Positions 52,218 to 63,657 of a stretch of 64,000 nucleotides of DNA are shown here, one piece after another. A program made the position numbers and the translations under genes. The stretch is taken from contig JAWMAR010000085.1 of assembly GCA_036785375.1 (NCBI GenBank), forward strand, positions 496,001 to 560,000. The letters run 5' to 3'. Origin of the DNA: Leucoraja ocellata (Eukaryota). Positions within the stretch are counted from its first letter, which is position 1, and the number at the start of each line of letters is the position of its first letter. The notes beneath the pieces were generated by a model. The model was not told where the DNA came from. It did not search any database and saw only the letters and a program-made list of their open reading frames with translations.

Positions 52218-52530
52218 ACTTTAGACTTTACTTTAGACCTTAGAGATACAGCGTGGAAACAGGCCCTTCGGCCTACCGAGGCCACGCTGACCAGCGATCA
52301 CCACACATGATCAATATCCTACACACTGGAGACAATTTGCAACTTTTAGCGAAGCCAATTAATCTACAAACCTGTACGTTTTTGGAGTGTGGGAGGAAAC
52401 CGGAGCACCCAGAGAAAACGCACGTCGTCTCAGGAAGAACGTACATACTCCATACAGACAGCACCCATAGCCAGGATCAAATCCAGATCTCTATCGCTGT
52501 AAGGGAGTAACTCTACCACTGTGCTGCCCT
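52218..52530 (-). mobile_element. V-SINE copy
   Basis: Reverse-complement family match. Confidence 0.8.
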
Positions 52531-52999
52531 TTACTCGCAGGAAACCAGAATATTGTAAAATAACATTACTGAATTCTATTTTAAACATGAGAAAAGTTGA
52601 TTAGTAGTGATCCACATACCACATTATTCAAAGTATGTAGATTGAAGTAAACAAGGCATAACTTTGTGCAGCGAGTGTAATTAATATCTATTGTACAAAT
52701 CGAGCTAAATCTTCCAATTCAATTTATTTTAATCATGAGGCAGGCACAAAAAGTTGTTTTCATGTAGCATCTCTATGATTACTCCACAGATATTTGACCT
52801 GTCTATCTCTCACCTGAAATCTCTGCCTTGTGCTTACTTAGACAACAAATTCTAGGTCAAATTTCAAATTTGTTTACGTGCCATTGTTCATTATCTGCTT
52901 TATTTCACTTTCCCTCAGTGATTACTATTTGTGAATATGATTTTAATAATTAAGGGGAAAAGATAGCTTTTATCAAAGCATGCTGATTTTTTAGTAGTT

Positions 53000-53365
53000 A
53001 CATAAGATCATAAGACCCAGGGGAAGAATTAGCCCATTCGGCCCATCAAGTCTACTCCACCATTCATTCATGGCTGATCAATGTTTCCCTCTCAACCCTA
53101 CTCTCCTGCCTTCTCTCCATAACCCCTGACACCCTTACTAATCAAGAATCTGTCAATTTGCATCTTAAAAATACCCAATAACTTGACCTCCATAGCCGTC
53201 TGTGGCAAAGAATTCCATAGATTAACTACCTTCTGACTAAAGAAATTTCTCCTCATCTCCTTTCTAAAGTCGGTTTCCTCCCACACTCCAAAGCCGTACA
53301 AGTTTGTAGGTTTGTAGACATACAGGTTTGTAGAACTCATCTCCTTTCTAAGGTCCTTTTACTCG
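53000..53365 (-). mobile_element. CR1 LINE 3' fragment with a small SINE-derived insertion
   Basis: FRKEMRRNFFSQKVVNLWNSLPQ; insertion at 53268-53335. Confidence 0.75.
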
Positions 53366-54939
53366 GAGGCCCCATCTGCCATGGCTATCTACCCAGCTCT
53401 GTTCTCCCTATTTTGTAACTTTCTTAGTGCCTTGTCACATGTCAATTTTCCATTCCATTCATATCCGACATTCCCAGCAGCTCCCTCCCAGTACAGCGGT
53501 CTGCCAAGCCTTCAGGTCCTCGAGCGTGTTCCTGGTTCCGGATTGCCTGCACTTTTAGCATTTCATCACTCCCCACGAGAAGTTGTTCCTCGGCTCCTTA
53601 GTTTTCAATGACCGACCGCTAATCTTGAAATTATATCCACTCGTTTGAGATTCTCCCACCAGTGGAAATATCTCCATGCTTAATCTGTCCTGCCTTGTAC
53701 TTGTTACAAACAACATTTTAGTCACAGGTATTCTGAAATACGGTTGCCAATACAAATTGTGGCCACCATAATTCACTGCCAGTGATTTGTACAAAGCCTT
53801 CGACCTATTCTGCATTTCACCTTGTTTAGAATGACATTTCATAAAGAACTGTCATTCTCTGAAAGCTGTCTCTGTTTTGGGGCACATATAATCTCTACAC
53901 TGCGCACGGCTTGATTGTAATCATGTATTGTCTTTTCGCTGACTGGATAGCACGCAACAAATAGCTTTTCACTGTACCTCGGTACATGCGACAATAATAA
54001 ACTAAACTAAACCAGTGCATGCAATGAAACCAGCTGGAAAGACCTGAATGCCTGTCTCTTGATTGTAATTAATTGAGTGAGTCATGTTACTCATGTAAAA
54101 CTGTGCAATTCATTCAATAGTTTTGTAATTGCCTGTTAGCCCCTGGCTATAGCTATTTTATGTTTGTTTGAAAGGTATTCATGTCACAAGGACATGCTGC
54201 ACCACAATCACTCTCCTCAAGCTGTAATGCCCTTGCTTCACTTCTGCAATATTCTCTTAGCAGCCCTGCTAATGCCACTCCATGAATATCTAGGAAGGGA
54301 CCCAGGCACATGAGAATGTCAATTAATACTTCTAATTTTCACTTTCTTCAACCAAGTCCAACCAAGTACTGGAATCTATTATTAAGGAATTGGTAACAGG
54401 CTACTTATTTTTTTTTTTAATTTAGAGATACAGCATGGAAACAAGCCCTTCAGCCCACGCCAACCAACCATCCCCGTTACACTAGCACACACTACAATCT
54501 AAGGACAATTTACCATTTTTACCAAAGCCAATTAACTGACAAACCTGTACATCTTTGGAGTGCGGGAGTAAACTTAGTTAAGATTCGATGCAAGAGGTTT
54601 ATGGACAAAATTGGAGCAAGGAGTTGGGAGTAATGTACAACATAAAATTCAATTGGGTAACAGGCAGAAAACAGACAATAGAAGTAAACTGGTCTAGTTT
54701 GGCTTAGTTTAACTTAGCTTAGTTTATTGTCGCATGGACCGAGGTACAGTGAAGAACTTCTGTTACATGCTAACCAGTCAGCAGGAAGACAATACATGAT
54801 TACAATCAAGCCATTCACAGTGCACAGATACTTGATAAAGGTAAAACCGTGATTTTTGGGTTGGAAGGCTGTGGCTCCTGGAACTTTGCAGTGATCTGCG
54901 TTATTGATGGTTGATGTTGGTGGAGTTTAATATAGAGAA

Positions 54940-55600
54940 GTGCGAGGTGATACATTTTGGGAAGCCTAATCGGGGCTAGACACATACAGACAACAGCAGA
55001 GCTTTGGGGAGTGTTGTAGAGCAGAGGGATCTAGGAGTTACTTAAAAGTGGCATCACAGGTAGATAGGTTGGTCAAGAAGGCTTTTGGCACATTGGCGTT
55101 CATCAGTCAGAGAGTATGGAGGTTGGGAGGCCATGTTACAGTTGTACAGGGCATTAGCGAGGCCACATTTAGACTATTGTGTTCAATTATGGTTACCCTA
55201 TTTTCAGAAAGGTGTTATTAAGCTGGAAATGGTGCAGAGAAGATTAATGAGTGTTTTGGCAGGACTCAAGGGCCTGAACTATAGGGAGAGTATCAGCAGG
55301 CTAGGGCTATTCCTTGGAGCACAGGAGGATGAGTGGTGATCTTATCGAGGTTTAAAAGATCAAAAACCAGAGCATATAGGTTTAAGGTGAGGGGGAAAAG
55401 ATTTAATAGGCACCTGAGGGGCAACTCTATTTCAAAAGTGTGGTGGGTATGTGGAAGGAGCTGCCAGAGGAGAAACCTGTGGCAGGTACTATTGCAACAT
55501 TAAAAACAATTTTTACAGGTACATGGATTGAATAGAATGTGGAGTTAGTGCTGGAAAATGATGTTTCAGGAAAAAATGAGCCATGATCATATAGAATAGA
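54940..55600 (+). mobile_element. Old CR1-clade LINE fragment
   Basis: MLQLYRALARPHLDYCVQLWLPY...KLEMVQRR. Confidence 0.8.
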
Positions 55601-55616
55601 GGAGCTGAAACATTGT

Positions 55617-56197
55617 GCCAGCTGTCTATGTGGAGTTTGTACATTCTCCCTGTGATTGCATGTTTTTTTTTGGGGTGCTCCGGTTTCCTCCCACATTCCA
55701 AAGACGTGCAGGTTTGTAGGTTAATTGCTCTCTGCAAATTGCCTCTTGTGTGTTGGATAGTGCTATTGTGCTGGGTGATTGATGGTCAGCATGGATTTGA
55801 TGGGCCGAAGGACCTGTTTTCATGCTGTGTCTCTAAAGTCTCAAGTCTAAAGATGAAAAAGTGTGAATCCTATTTCATTTAGCATGCTTCAAAACTTTAA
55901 GTGTGTCTCATTAGCGCATCGGTAGAGTTGCTGCCTTACAACGTCAGAAGCCCGGGTTCAATCCTGACTGCAGTTCGGAGTTTGCATGTTCTCCCTGTGA
56001 CCGCGTGGGTTTTCTCCGGGTGCTCCAGTTTCCTCCCACATTTCAAAGACGGGCTGAACTGTAGGTTAATTGTCTTCTGTAAATTGCCCCTACTACGTAC
56101 GATGTGAAAGTGGGATAACAAATAACAAGTGTGCGTTAATCAGTGGTCGGCGTGCACTCTGTGGGCGGAAGGGCCTGTTTCCATGCTGTATGTCTAA
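55617..56197 (+). mobile_element. Two adjacent V-SINE copies (55617-55850 and 55914-56197)
   Basis: Family match. Confidence 0.8.
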
Positions 56198-56208
56198 GAA
56201 AAAGCAAA

Positions 56209-57105
56209 GGGGGAGAATTTGTGGGGGCGCTGCAATGGCGGCAGCCCTGTCAGCAGCGCGTTAGTTTTTTCAACAGTTTTTTTTGTTTGGTTTAAAGTAT
56301 GTTTTTAATGTGTCTTTGTGTGTGGGGGGGGTGGTGTGGTGGGGTGAGGGGGAAACTGTTTTGGCCACCTCCTCCATGGAGAGGCGACTTTTTCCAGGTC
56401 GCCTCCCCCCGTGGCCTAACGGCAAGGATCGGCGCGGCCTTTCCCAGAGACGCACCCGGGGCTTCAGCGGCGGGCGCAGCGTGGACTCTCGGCGTGGAGC
56501 GCTTCGTTTCGCTGGCCCGGGCAGCCAGCAGCCTGAAGCCGTGCACGGTCTGCACAGCTCCAGCTGGCGCGGCATCTACAGCCCGGGATCCCTCATGGGG
56601 GACCCGGGGGAAGAAGAAGCCATCACTGCCGGTCGCGGCCAACTTCTACCGCGGGTGCGGTGGCGACTTACCATCACCTGTGATGGGGAGCTTCGACCGC
56701 CGGCCCTGCGGTCTGCGGTGCTTCTGGCTGTGTCGCGGCAGGAACTTTAAACTTTAAATCTCGACCGCAGGCCTGCGGCCTACACCAACTTAAAGCCGCG
56801 GTCTCCGGTGGGGAAGAGCCGATCCTGGACTTACCTGGATTTGTACCTTGTCCTTTTACCATCTGGACGCCCGCAGCAACGGCTGCGGAGGGTTGAGGTC
56901 CCGACCACGGGGGGAAAATGGAGGAGGACTGGCCAAATTGTGTGCCTTCCACCACAGTGATGAATGCTGTAGTGGATGTTTATGTTAAATTTTTATTGTG
57001 TTTTTGTGTGTGTTCTTTATTATTGTACCGCTGCTGACATATTCATTTCACTTGCACTTTATGTGCAATGTGACAAATAAACCGTATTGTTGTATTGTAT
57101 TGTAA
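56209..57105 (+). mobile_element. CpG-rich, non-coding, retroelement-like insertion
   Basis: Sharp GC/CpG-rich block; ends in GTGACAAATAAA plus a (TATTG)n tail, as LINE 3' ends do; no recognisable protein motif. Confidence 0.55.
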
Positions 57106-57874
57106 TGTACTCCTACTTCTATTTCTTAGATTATTAAATATCCCAACAATCCCCAAGAACTTTTGTCTTTTTAACCTGAGTCCTACTTTTCTACAGAGGC
57201 TATTAGTGGAGATTTCCTATTTTCATTTCCACTGCAATCTCAGTGGGAGCGGCCTTGCTTTGAAATCCACTTGAAAGTACACACGTTCTGGCACTATCAT
57301 CTACAAATAAAAGAGACTTTGGGCTTCATTGATTATTTAAAGATCTCATCCAAGATTCTTAAGAATCATTATTTAAGCTATCTTGAGAATAAGAGTGCGG
57401 AAGGCCTCATGGTCAGAAATATGTTAGCCTTGTAGAGGTGCTCATTTCTCTAATATTGTTACACAAAAGAATTATGCAAACTTGTTTACCAACTTACCAA
57501 CAAATTGATAATACTGCCATTGATAGAAAAATAATTATGTTAAAGCCTTTAACAGACTAACTGACAACAAGACAATGTCAAAAAAGATGAAATTCAGCTA
57601 TCACCCACTGACATTCAATTGTGTTATTGTAAATCATGTATATTATTATATGAATTATGATATTAATTGATATACAAATTATATATATTAAAAGCTTCCC
57701 ATCAATTGCTCATGAAATATACTCCGCTGTATCTTACATTTATTGCATTATGGTTTACCCTTTATTAACCTGAGTGTGAATAATTATCTTAACAAAATGA
57801 ATCTGTATTTGAGGAAGTAGCAGCATCTTTATCCCACTTGGGCAGGTGGGTAATTTATGTTCCAGTAAGTAACA

Positions 57875-58172
57875 GGGCGGCACAGTGGCGCAACGGTAGA
57901 GTTGCTGCCTTGCAGCACCAGAGACCTGGGTTCAATCTTAACTATGGGTGCTGTCTGTATGGAGGTTGTAGGTTGGCCCTGTGACTGTGTGGGTTTCCTC
58001 CGAGTTCTCCGGTTTCCTCCCACATTCCAAAGATTTACCGGTTTGTAGGTTAATTGGCTTCTGTAAATTGTTCTTAGTGTGTAGGATAGAACAAGTGTTT
58101 GGGTTGATCGCTGGTCAGCTTGTACTCAGTAGGCCAAAGGGCCTGTTTCCATGCTGTATTTCTAAAACAGTC
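57875..58172 (+). mobile_element. V-SINE copy
   Basis: Family match. Confidence 0.85.
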
Positions 58173-58464
58173 TAAGGTCTAAAGCCAATGTGAGTTGAAA
58201 ATATTTATCAAGGAAGTGAATCTGTGCTTACTTGGCCTAACCTAAATATGGGTCCAGAACTGTCAATGTAGTTGATGCCTAATTCAGGGTGTACGTGGAT
58301 GAACATTACCAGTGATAGTTTACCAGTGGTATGGTCCCAGCTGCCTGAGGACCACATACACATCTCAAGCAGTGCGTAAATTTTACTTTAACCTGGTGTC
58401 CTGTTCAGCATGAACACTGTGGGCCGAAGGGCCTGTATTGTGCTACACTGTTCAATGTTCTATC

Positions 58465-58682
58465 TATACACTCAAATTGTGGTGGATGTATGGAACAAGC
58501 TGCCAGAGGAGGTAGTTGAGGCAGGGACTATTGCAACATTTAAGAAACAATTAGATAGGTACATGGATAGGACAGTTTTAGAGGGATATGGGCCAGATAC
58601 AGGCAGGTGACACTAGTGTAGATGGGACATGTTGGTCGGTGTGGGCAAGTTGAGCCAAAGGGCCTGTTTCCATGCTGACTCT
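58465..58682 (+). mobile_element. CR1-clade LINE 3' end (shares GGGCC.AAGGGCCTGTTTCC with the V-SINE tail)
   Basis: VVDVWNKLPEEVVEAGTIATFKKQLDRYMD; its 3' UTR end matches the SINE 3' end, making it the likely partner LINE. Confidence 0.75.
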
Positions 58683-59517
58683 AAATCACCCTAAGGAATA
58701 AATGGGTAAAAAGCAATCTACCTCATAAACCTTAATTGGGAACAATTGGTTTTTTTTTAATTTACAATCAATAGTAAATTTCAGATCAATTGTTCCACAA
58801 AATTCAAATATGAAATTTAAAGTTAAATAAATAATGGCAAAAGTAAATGATAGAGTTTATTGCTGTTTGTTTGCTCATGTTGTTTCACATATTGCTCTAC
58901 ACTTCAGTAAATGATGTGTTCCATGTGTTCCATTTCAAATATTGAACAGATTTGAGACACGCCGTTATATTAAATTACCTGAGATATAACCGCTGTTCAA
59001 ATGTTTTCAGTTCCATCCTGCAATTAAAATAAAACACTAGTACAGGAGCGAGCTCATCTCCTTTCTAAAGGTATGTCCTTTTATTCTGATGTCTGGATTC
59101 TGTCACTGGTAGAAACAACAGTAATGACAGCACTATGAGCAGCACAAATTATTAGCTTTGCCAATTAGAACCCAATTGTTGAGTAATTTAATGATTACAG
59201 TAAGCAGTCGGAAGTATTTTTAAAGATTAACTACATGGGGAGCTAGAAAATCTAGGATCATTGATAAATGTACCATGTATTAATTCAGCCCTGCTATCAT
59301 TCTGGAACCTCCATCTCAACAATTAGTTGTGGTTCTTTACTAGAGTTCAGATTGACTTTCATTCATGAGGACAGAGAGCAATTAGCTGAACTGAGATGTG
59401 ATACCTCACTAACCCCCAACTAATTTAAGGCAGTGAACTAAAAAAATCAGCAGATAGACACAAAATGCTGGAGTAACTCAGCAGGTCAGCAGGCATCTCT
59501 GGATGAAAAGAATATTG

Positions 59518-59822
59518 TGTAGCGGCAGATTTTCATATCTTTCGGGAAATTAGCATCCTAGCCACTAAATGGATGAGAATGGTTGAAGGGGGTGTCTTCG
59601 AAACGCATGCGAGCTCACTCACAGAGACCTTCAGAGCTTCTTCACAGATATGGCTTAAAAACACAGTCTTTTGATGAATAAATGCTTTATTGTTGATAGC
59701 AAACAGTAAGATACATCCAAATTTCTCTAACACACCCAAAACCATGTCATAAATCCCACCCACATTATATCGGGCAGTCTAAAATTTAAAGGCACGTGCC
59801 ATCATCAATGACATGCACTACA
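59518..59822 (-). repeat. 3' LTR of the BEL/Pao element
   Basis: TGTAG...CTACA perfect 5-bp inverted termini; preceded on the minus strand by PPT-like AGGGGCTGGTA (59823-59833); AATAAA on minus near 59687. Confidence 0.85.
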
Positions 59823-59937
59823 TACCAGCCCCTAATTGTTCCGAGTATATAACAAGGCAATTAGTAATAAACATCAAAAAAGTGGCCATAAAGGCTTAAC
59901 ATATATCAAAAGCAAAAGGTCACGGAATAAAACCCTG

Positions 59938-60012
59938 TGGCTCCTCGTCGGGAAATTGAACCCTGGTCTACTGCGTGACAGGCGGGGATACTAAATACTC
60001 TACTAACGAGGA
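59938..60012 (-). tRNA. tRNA-Asp(GTC) copy with encoded 3' CCA, probably a pseudogene
   Basis: Minus strand TCCTCGTTAGTAGAGTATTTAGTATCCCCGCCTGTCACGCAGTAGACCAGGGTTCAATTTCCCGACGAGGAG+CCA; 7-bp acceptor stem TCCTCGT/ACGAGGA, anticodon loop CTGTCAC; about 10 differences from the vertebrate tRNA-Asp sequence as I recall it, including loss of the D-loop GG. Confidence 0.88.
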
Positions 60013-62661
60013 AAAAATATATCTGCAATCAGAATTTTTCATCGATTCTTCCATCTTCACTTCCACCTTCTAGAAACAAGCACAACTAGGTTATTAATCT
60101 TATCAAAACACAGGTTTTAGTTCAAAGTCGTACCGTGCATACCAAACCCTTAAAATCAGGCATGATACCCAGTATATAGTCCAAAACATAACAGTCCAAA
60201 GCTTTGATAGCATGAAACGTCTTCGTCCATATCCGATCAACTCATGAATGTGTCTTAACAGCAATGTTGAAGTATGAAAATCCTTCAAAAGAATAACAGG
60301 ATCTTTAGTTATAAAGTTCACCGTTAGTTTTGATTTAATGTCCGGATCATTAGCAGGGAATTCAAATCCCAGTTCAAGCTTTGGCAATTCTCTGTCTGGC
60401 TTGCAGAGAGATTTTAGTTCATTGATCCATTTCTTATCGCTTAAGAAACGGTTCACTGTCAGTTCACTGGAAACTTCATTTACAGAATTTTCTTCTGTGT
60501 TAACATATTTCAGTAGTGGTACAATGCTCTTTCCATTGGCAGATCGTCTCTGTCCAAATCCAACACTCTGATTTCTTTGGCTCTATCATCTAGTGGAATG
60601 CTTTCACAATTGTCCCGGTTCCACTTAGAAAGTGTGAATCCTCCCTTATTGCAAAGCGGTCAGATGTTCTACTGGTAGAATTGCTTTCTGCTCAGTAGAC
60701 CTGGATTTTAAGTAATCATCCTTGTAGAAATTATTCTTCAAAGAGATTCTTCTTTCATGAAACTTAGTATTCTCGCCACACTTGCGATTCAAAGTCTGGG
60801 TACGTTGCTCTGCCATACGACAATTATTCGGCAGACTAACACTTTCTTGGTTGAAAAGTAAGACCCCACAATAGCGTCCGTCAGTTTTCACTGAATAGTT
60901 CATAATATCCATGAACTTCAACTCTTCATTCGACATCTCTTCAGATTTCTTGCTGGTATTTCCAATGAAGTCATGATAGTATGGCTCCATCATCGGCTTT
61001 TCTAATTCATCAATAGACATTTGATTAACAGCAATGGCAGGCTGGTGCTTCTGATTTACGATTTCGTGGTTCCTTTTCAAGGAGCCATAGATAACCCATC
61101 CAAGTTGGGTTTTCGTAGCATACGGTCCATCGCCTTGGCTCCTAACTATCTGTGTGGGTTCCAACACCTTCAAAACATTCATTCCAATAAGTAGATCAAC
61201 ACTAGAATTTATTTCAGATATCTTGACATCCTTCAGGTAAGGCCATTGCTTCAAATCTTCATGTCTTGGTTTATTTTGACGGCCAACAGGCATAGTTCCA
61301 TGCGTATACACTTCAGATATTGGTATAAAATTATCTTCATCCAAACTGGATATCTACATAGTCGTAATGTAATGACTCGTGCTCTCTTTATCTTTAATCA
61401 TGTAATCGAACCTTAGTCTCTTCTGTGATATTCAATCTTCTCGTCAGGTTTTCTGTGCAAAAGGTAGTCGAACTTCCGTGATCCAGAAAAGCATATGTTT
61501 TCAACACTGTATTCGTCTTGCTGTTCCTTACTTGCACTGGTAAGATAGAAAAATTACGCTTCAACCCCGACCCCAATATGAGCAGTTACTTGAGGCGAGG
61601 TGATAGCATTTCCATTAGTTGGCTTCTCGCCCTGTTCTGTTTGCTCCGGTTCTTCTTTTATTTGCTCTGGTAACTCATCATCCGTTTGTTCCAGTTCTTC
61701 TTCTTCTTCCCAATGCTCTGGTTGCTCTTCTTCAGTATGCAGTGCTTCAGGATGATATTGCTTGCACATAACAAATTATAGGACTCTTGCAGTCTCTGGC
61801 TATAGGTCCCCTTTTCAAACATCCATAACAGATTCCCTTCTCTTTCAAGAAATCCATCTTGTCTTCATATTCTTACATCTTGAATCTTCGACAACATCTT
61901 ATGGTGTGACCAACTTCATCACATAACAAACAAAATACTATTTGCTTGCTAGTAGACACATTCCCTTTTATTCCATCTGTCTGTTCCACAGGTATGGTCG
62001 TGATAGCAAAACTATTTATTTTAGGTTCAGATCTTTCTTTAGTTTTGGTAAAGGTAGAACCTTTGTTAGTTGAAATCAGTTTGTAATCTTCAATATTCCT
62101 GGAGTGTGGCTCTAACATATTCCGTATTTCCCTTTCTAAAAATTCCATCAGTTCTTGTAGCCTGGCTACTTGTCTCTTTTCATCTCATATTTTACCTGCT
62201 TTGTATCTCCACCTTTCTCTCAGTCTTCTGGGCAACTTGCTCAAGATGATTCTAGTATTACTCACAAGATTCATTTCTTCCATGTGACTGAGATTTCTCA
62301 TCGAGCTGCATCAATCTCTCAGTAATATTGCATAATTACTCAATGCCTCCCCATCTTCGGGCTTGATTTGTTTCCAAGCATGGGACTTCTCAATGCATGT
62401 GTTAGCAATCCTCTGTTCATCACCAAAACATTCTTCAAGTAATCTTCTCGCCTTTTAGTAAAGGTACAATGAGCCAAGGGTAGAGTGGGCTAAAGGTACA
62501 GTGCTTTAGTAAAGGTACAGTGAGCTAAGGGTACAGTGCTTTAATAAAGGTACAGTGCTTTTGGTTTATATAATAAAGGTGCTGTTTAAAGGTCAAGAGG
62601 GAGCAGCTGTTGTGAGTCAGATACCTGCTGATTTCTCCCAGCAGTTTCTATTGTATTATAC

Positions 62662-63615
62662 TTGTATCGGATCCAGGGTAAGGCGGGAGAGATAGTGTAC
62701 TGTTCTGGATGTCAGATGTGGGAGGTCATGGTGTCGGATGGCCCTCCAGACATCCACATCTGCACCAGGTGCAGCAAGATGGGGCTCCTAAGGGACCGTA
62801 TTAGGATCCTGGAGCAGCAACTCGATGACCTCTATCTGGTCAGGGAGAGTGAGGAGGTCATAGAGTGGAGTTATAGGGAGGTGGTCATTCCAAAACCACG
62901 GGGGAGAGACATGTGGGTCACGCTAAGGAAGGGCAAGGGGCAGAGGCAGGGATGAGTGAGTACTCCAATGTCGGTACACCTTGCAAATAAGTGCTCCTGT
63001 TTGAGTACGGATGGGGGTGACAGCCTACCCGGGGGTAGCGACTGCGGACGGGCCTCCAGCACAGAGATCGGCCCTGTTGCTCCGCAAGGTAGGGACAAAA
63101 AGAAGAGGGCAACAGTAATTGGGGACTCTATTGTTAGGGGGTTGGATAGGTGATTCTGTGGACACAGTCGGGAGACCAGGATGGTGGTCTGCCTCCCTGG
63201 TGCCAAGGTCTCGGACGTGTCTCAACGCGTCCAAGATATCCTGAAATCAGAGGGAGAGGAGCCTGAGGTCGTGGTACATATAGGTACCAATGACATAGGT
63301 AAAAAAAGGGAAGAGGTCCTGAAGGGAGGATTTAGGGAGTTGGGAAGAGAGTTAAGGAAAAGGACCAAAGAGTTAACAATCTCAGGATTACTGCATGTGC
63401 CACGCGACAGTGAGAGTAGGAATGGAGCGAGGTGGAGGATAAATGCGTGGCTGAAAGACTGGTGCAGAGGGCAGGGATTCAAGTTTCTGGATCATTGGGA
63501 CTTCTTTTGGGGAAGGTGGGACCTGTACAGAAAGGATGGGTTGTACTTGAACCCGAGGAGGACCAATATCCTGGCGGGGAAATTTGCAAAGGCTACTGGG
63601 GAGACTTTAAACTAG
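62662..63615 (+). pseudogene. CR1 ORF1p (CxxC..HxCxxC zinc finger, leucine zipper, SGNH esterase) with two in-frame stops
   Basis: CSGCQMWE...HICTRC; VIGDSIVRG; CLPGAKV; HIGTND; DGLYLN; the three track ORFs are in one frame, broken by TGA at 62953 and 63151. Confidence 0.9.
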
Positions 63616-63657
63616 AATGGTTGGGTGAGGGACAAATAGAGAAAGCTAGTAGACAGA

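Larger units (their letters stand above)
59518..62455 (-). mobile_element. BEL/Pao LTR retrotransposon, internally deleted and degenerate
   Basis: gag remnants with CLLCDEVGH...C knuckle; protease YAFLDHGSSTTFCTE; DLLIG...GPYATKTQLGWVIYG; integrase Zn-binding remnant PVILLKDFH.STLLLRHIHE; C-terminal PDFKGLV..VRL.TKT.VL.R.IT.LCLFLE. Confidence 0.9.

Noticed and set aside
56270-56955. Overlapping 100-155 aa GC-rich ORFs
   Set aside because: Expected in GC-rich DNA; they occur on both strands and show no recognisable domain.
66-58172. tRNA-like A/B boxes at SINE heads as tRNA genes
   Set aside because: They run into the V-SINE core and tail and do not form complete cloverleafs.
59938-59955. 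TGGCTCCTCGTCGGG as the PBS of a plus-strand LTR element
   Set aside because: It is about 115 bp from the LTR edge, the match extends over the whole tRNA, and the coding remnants and PPT are on the minus strand.
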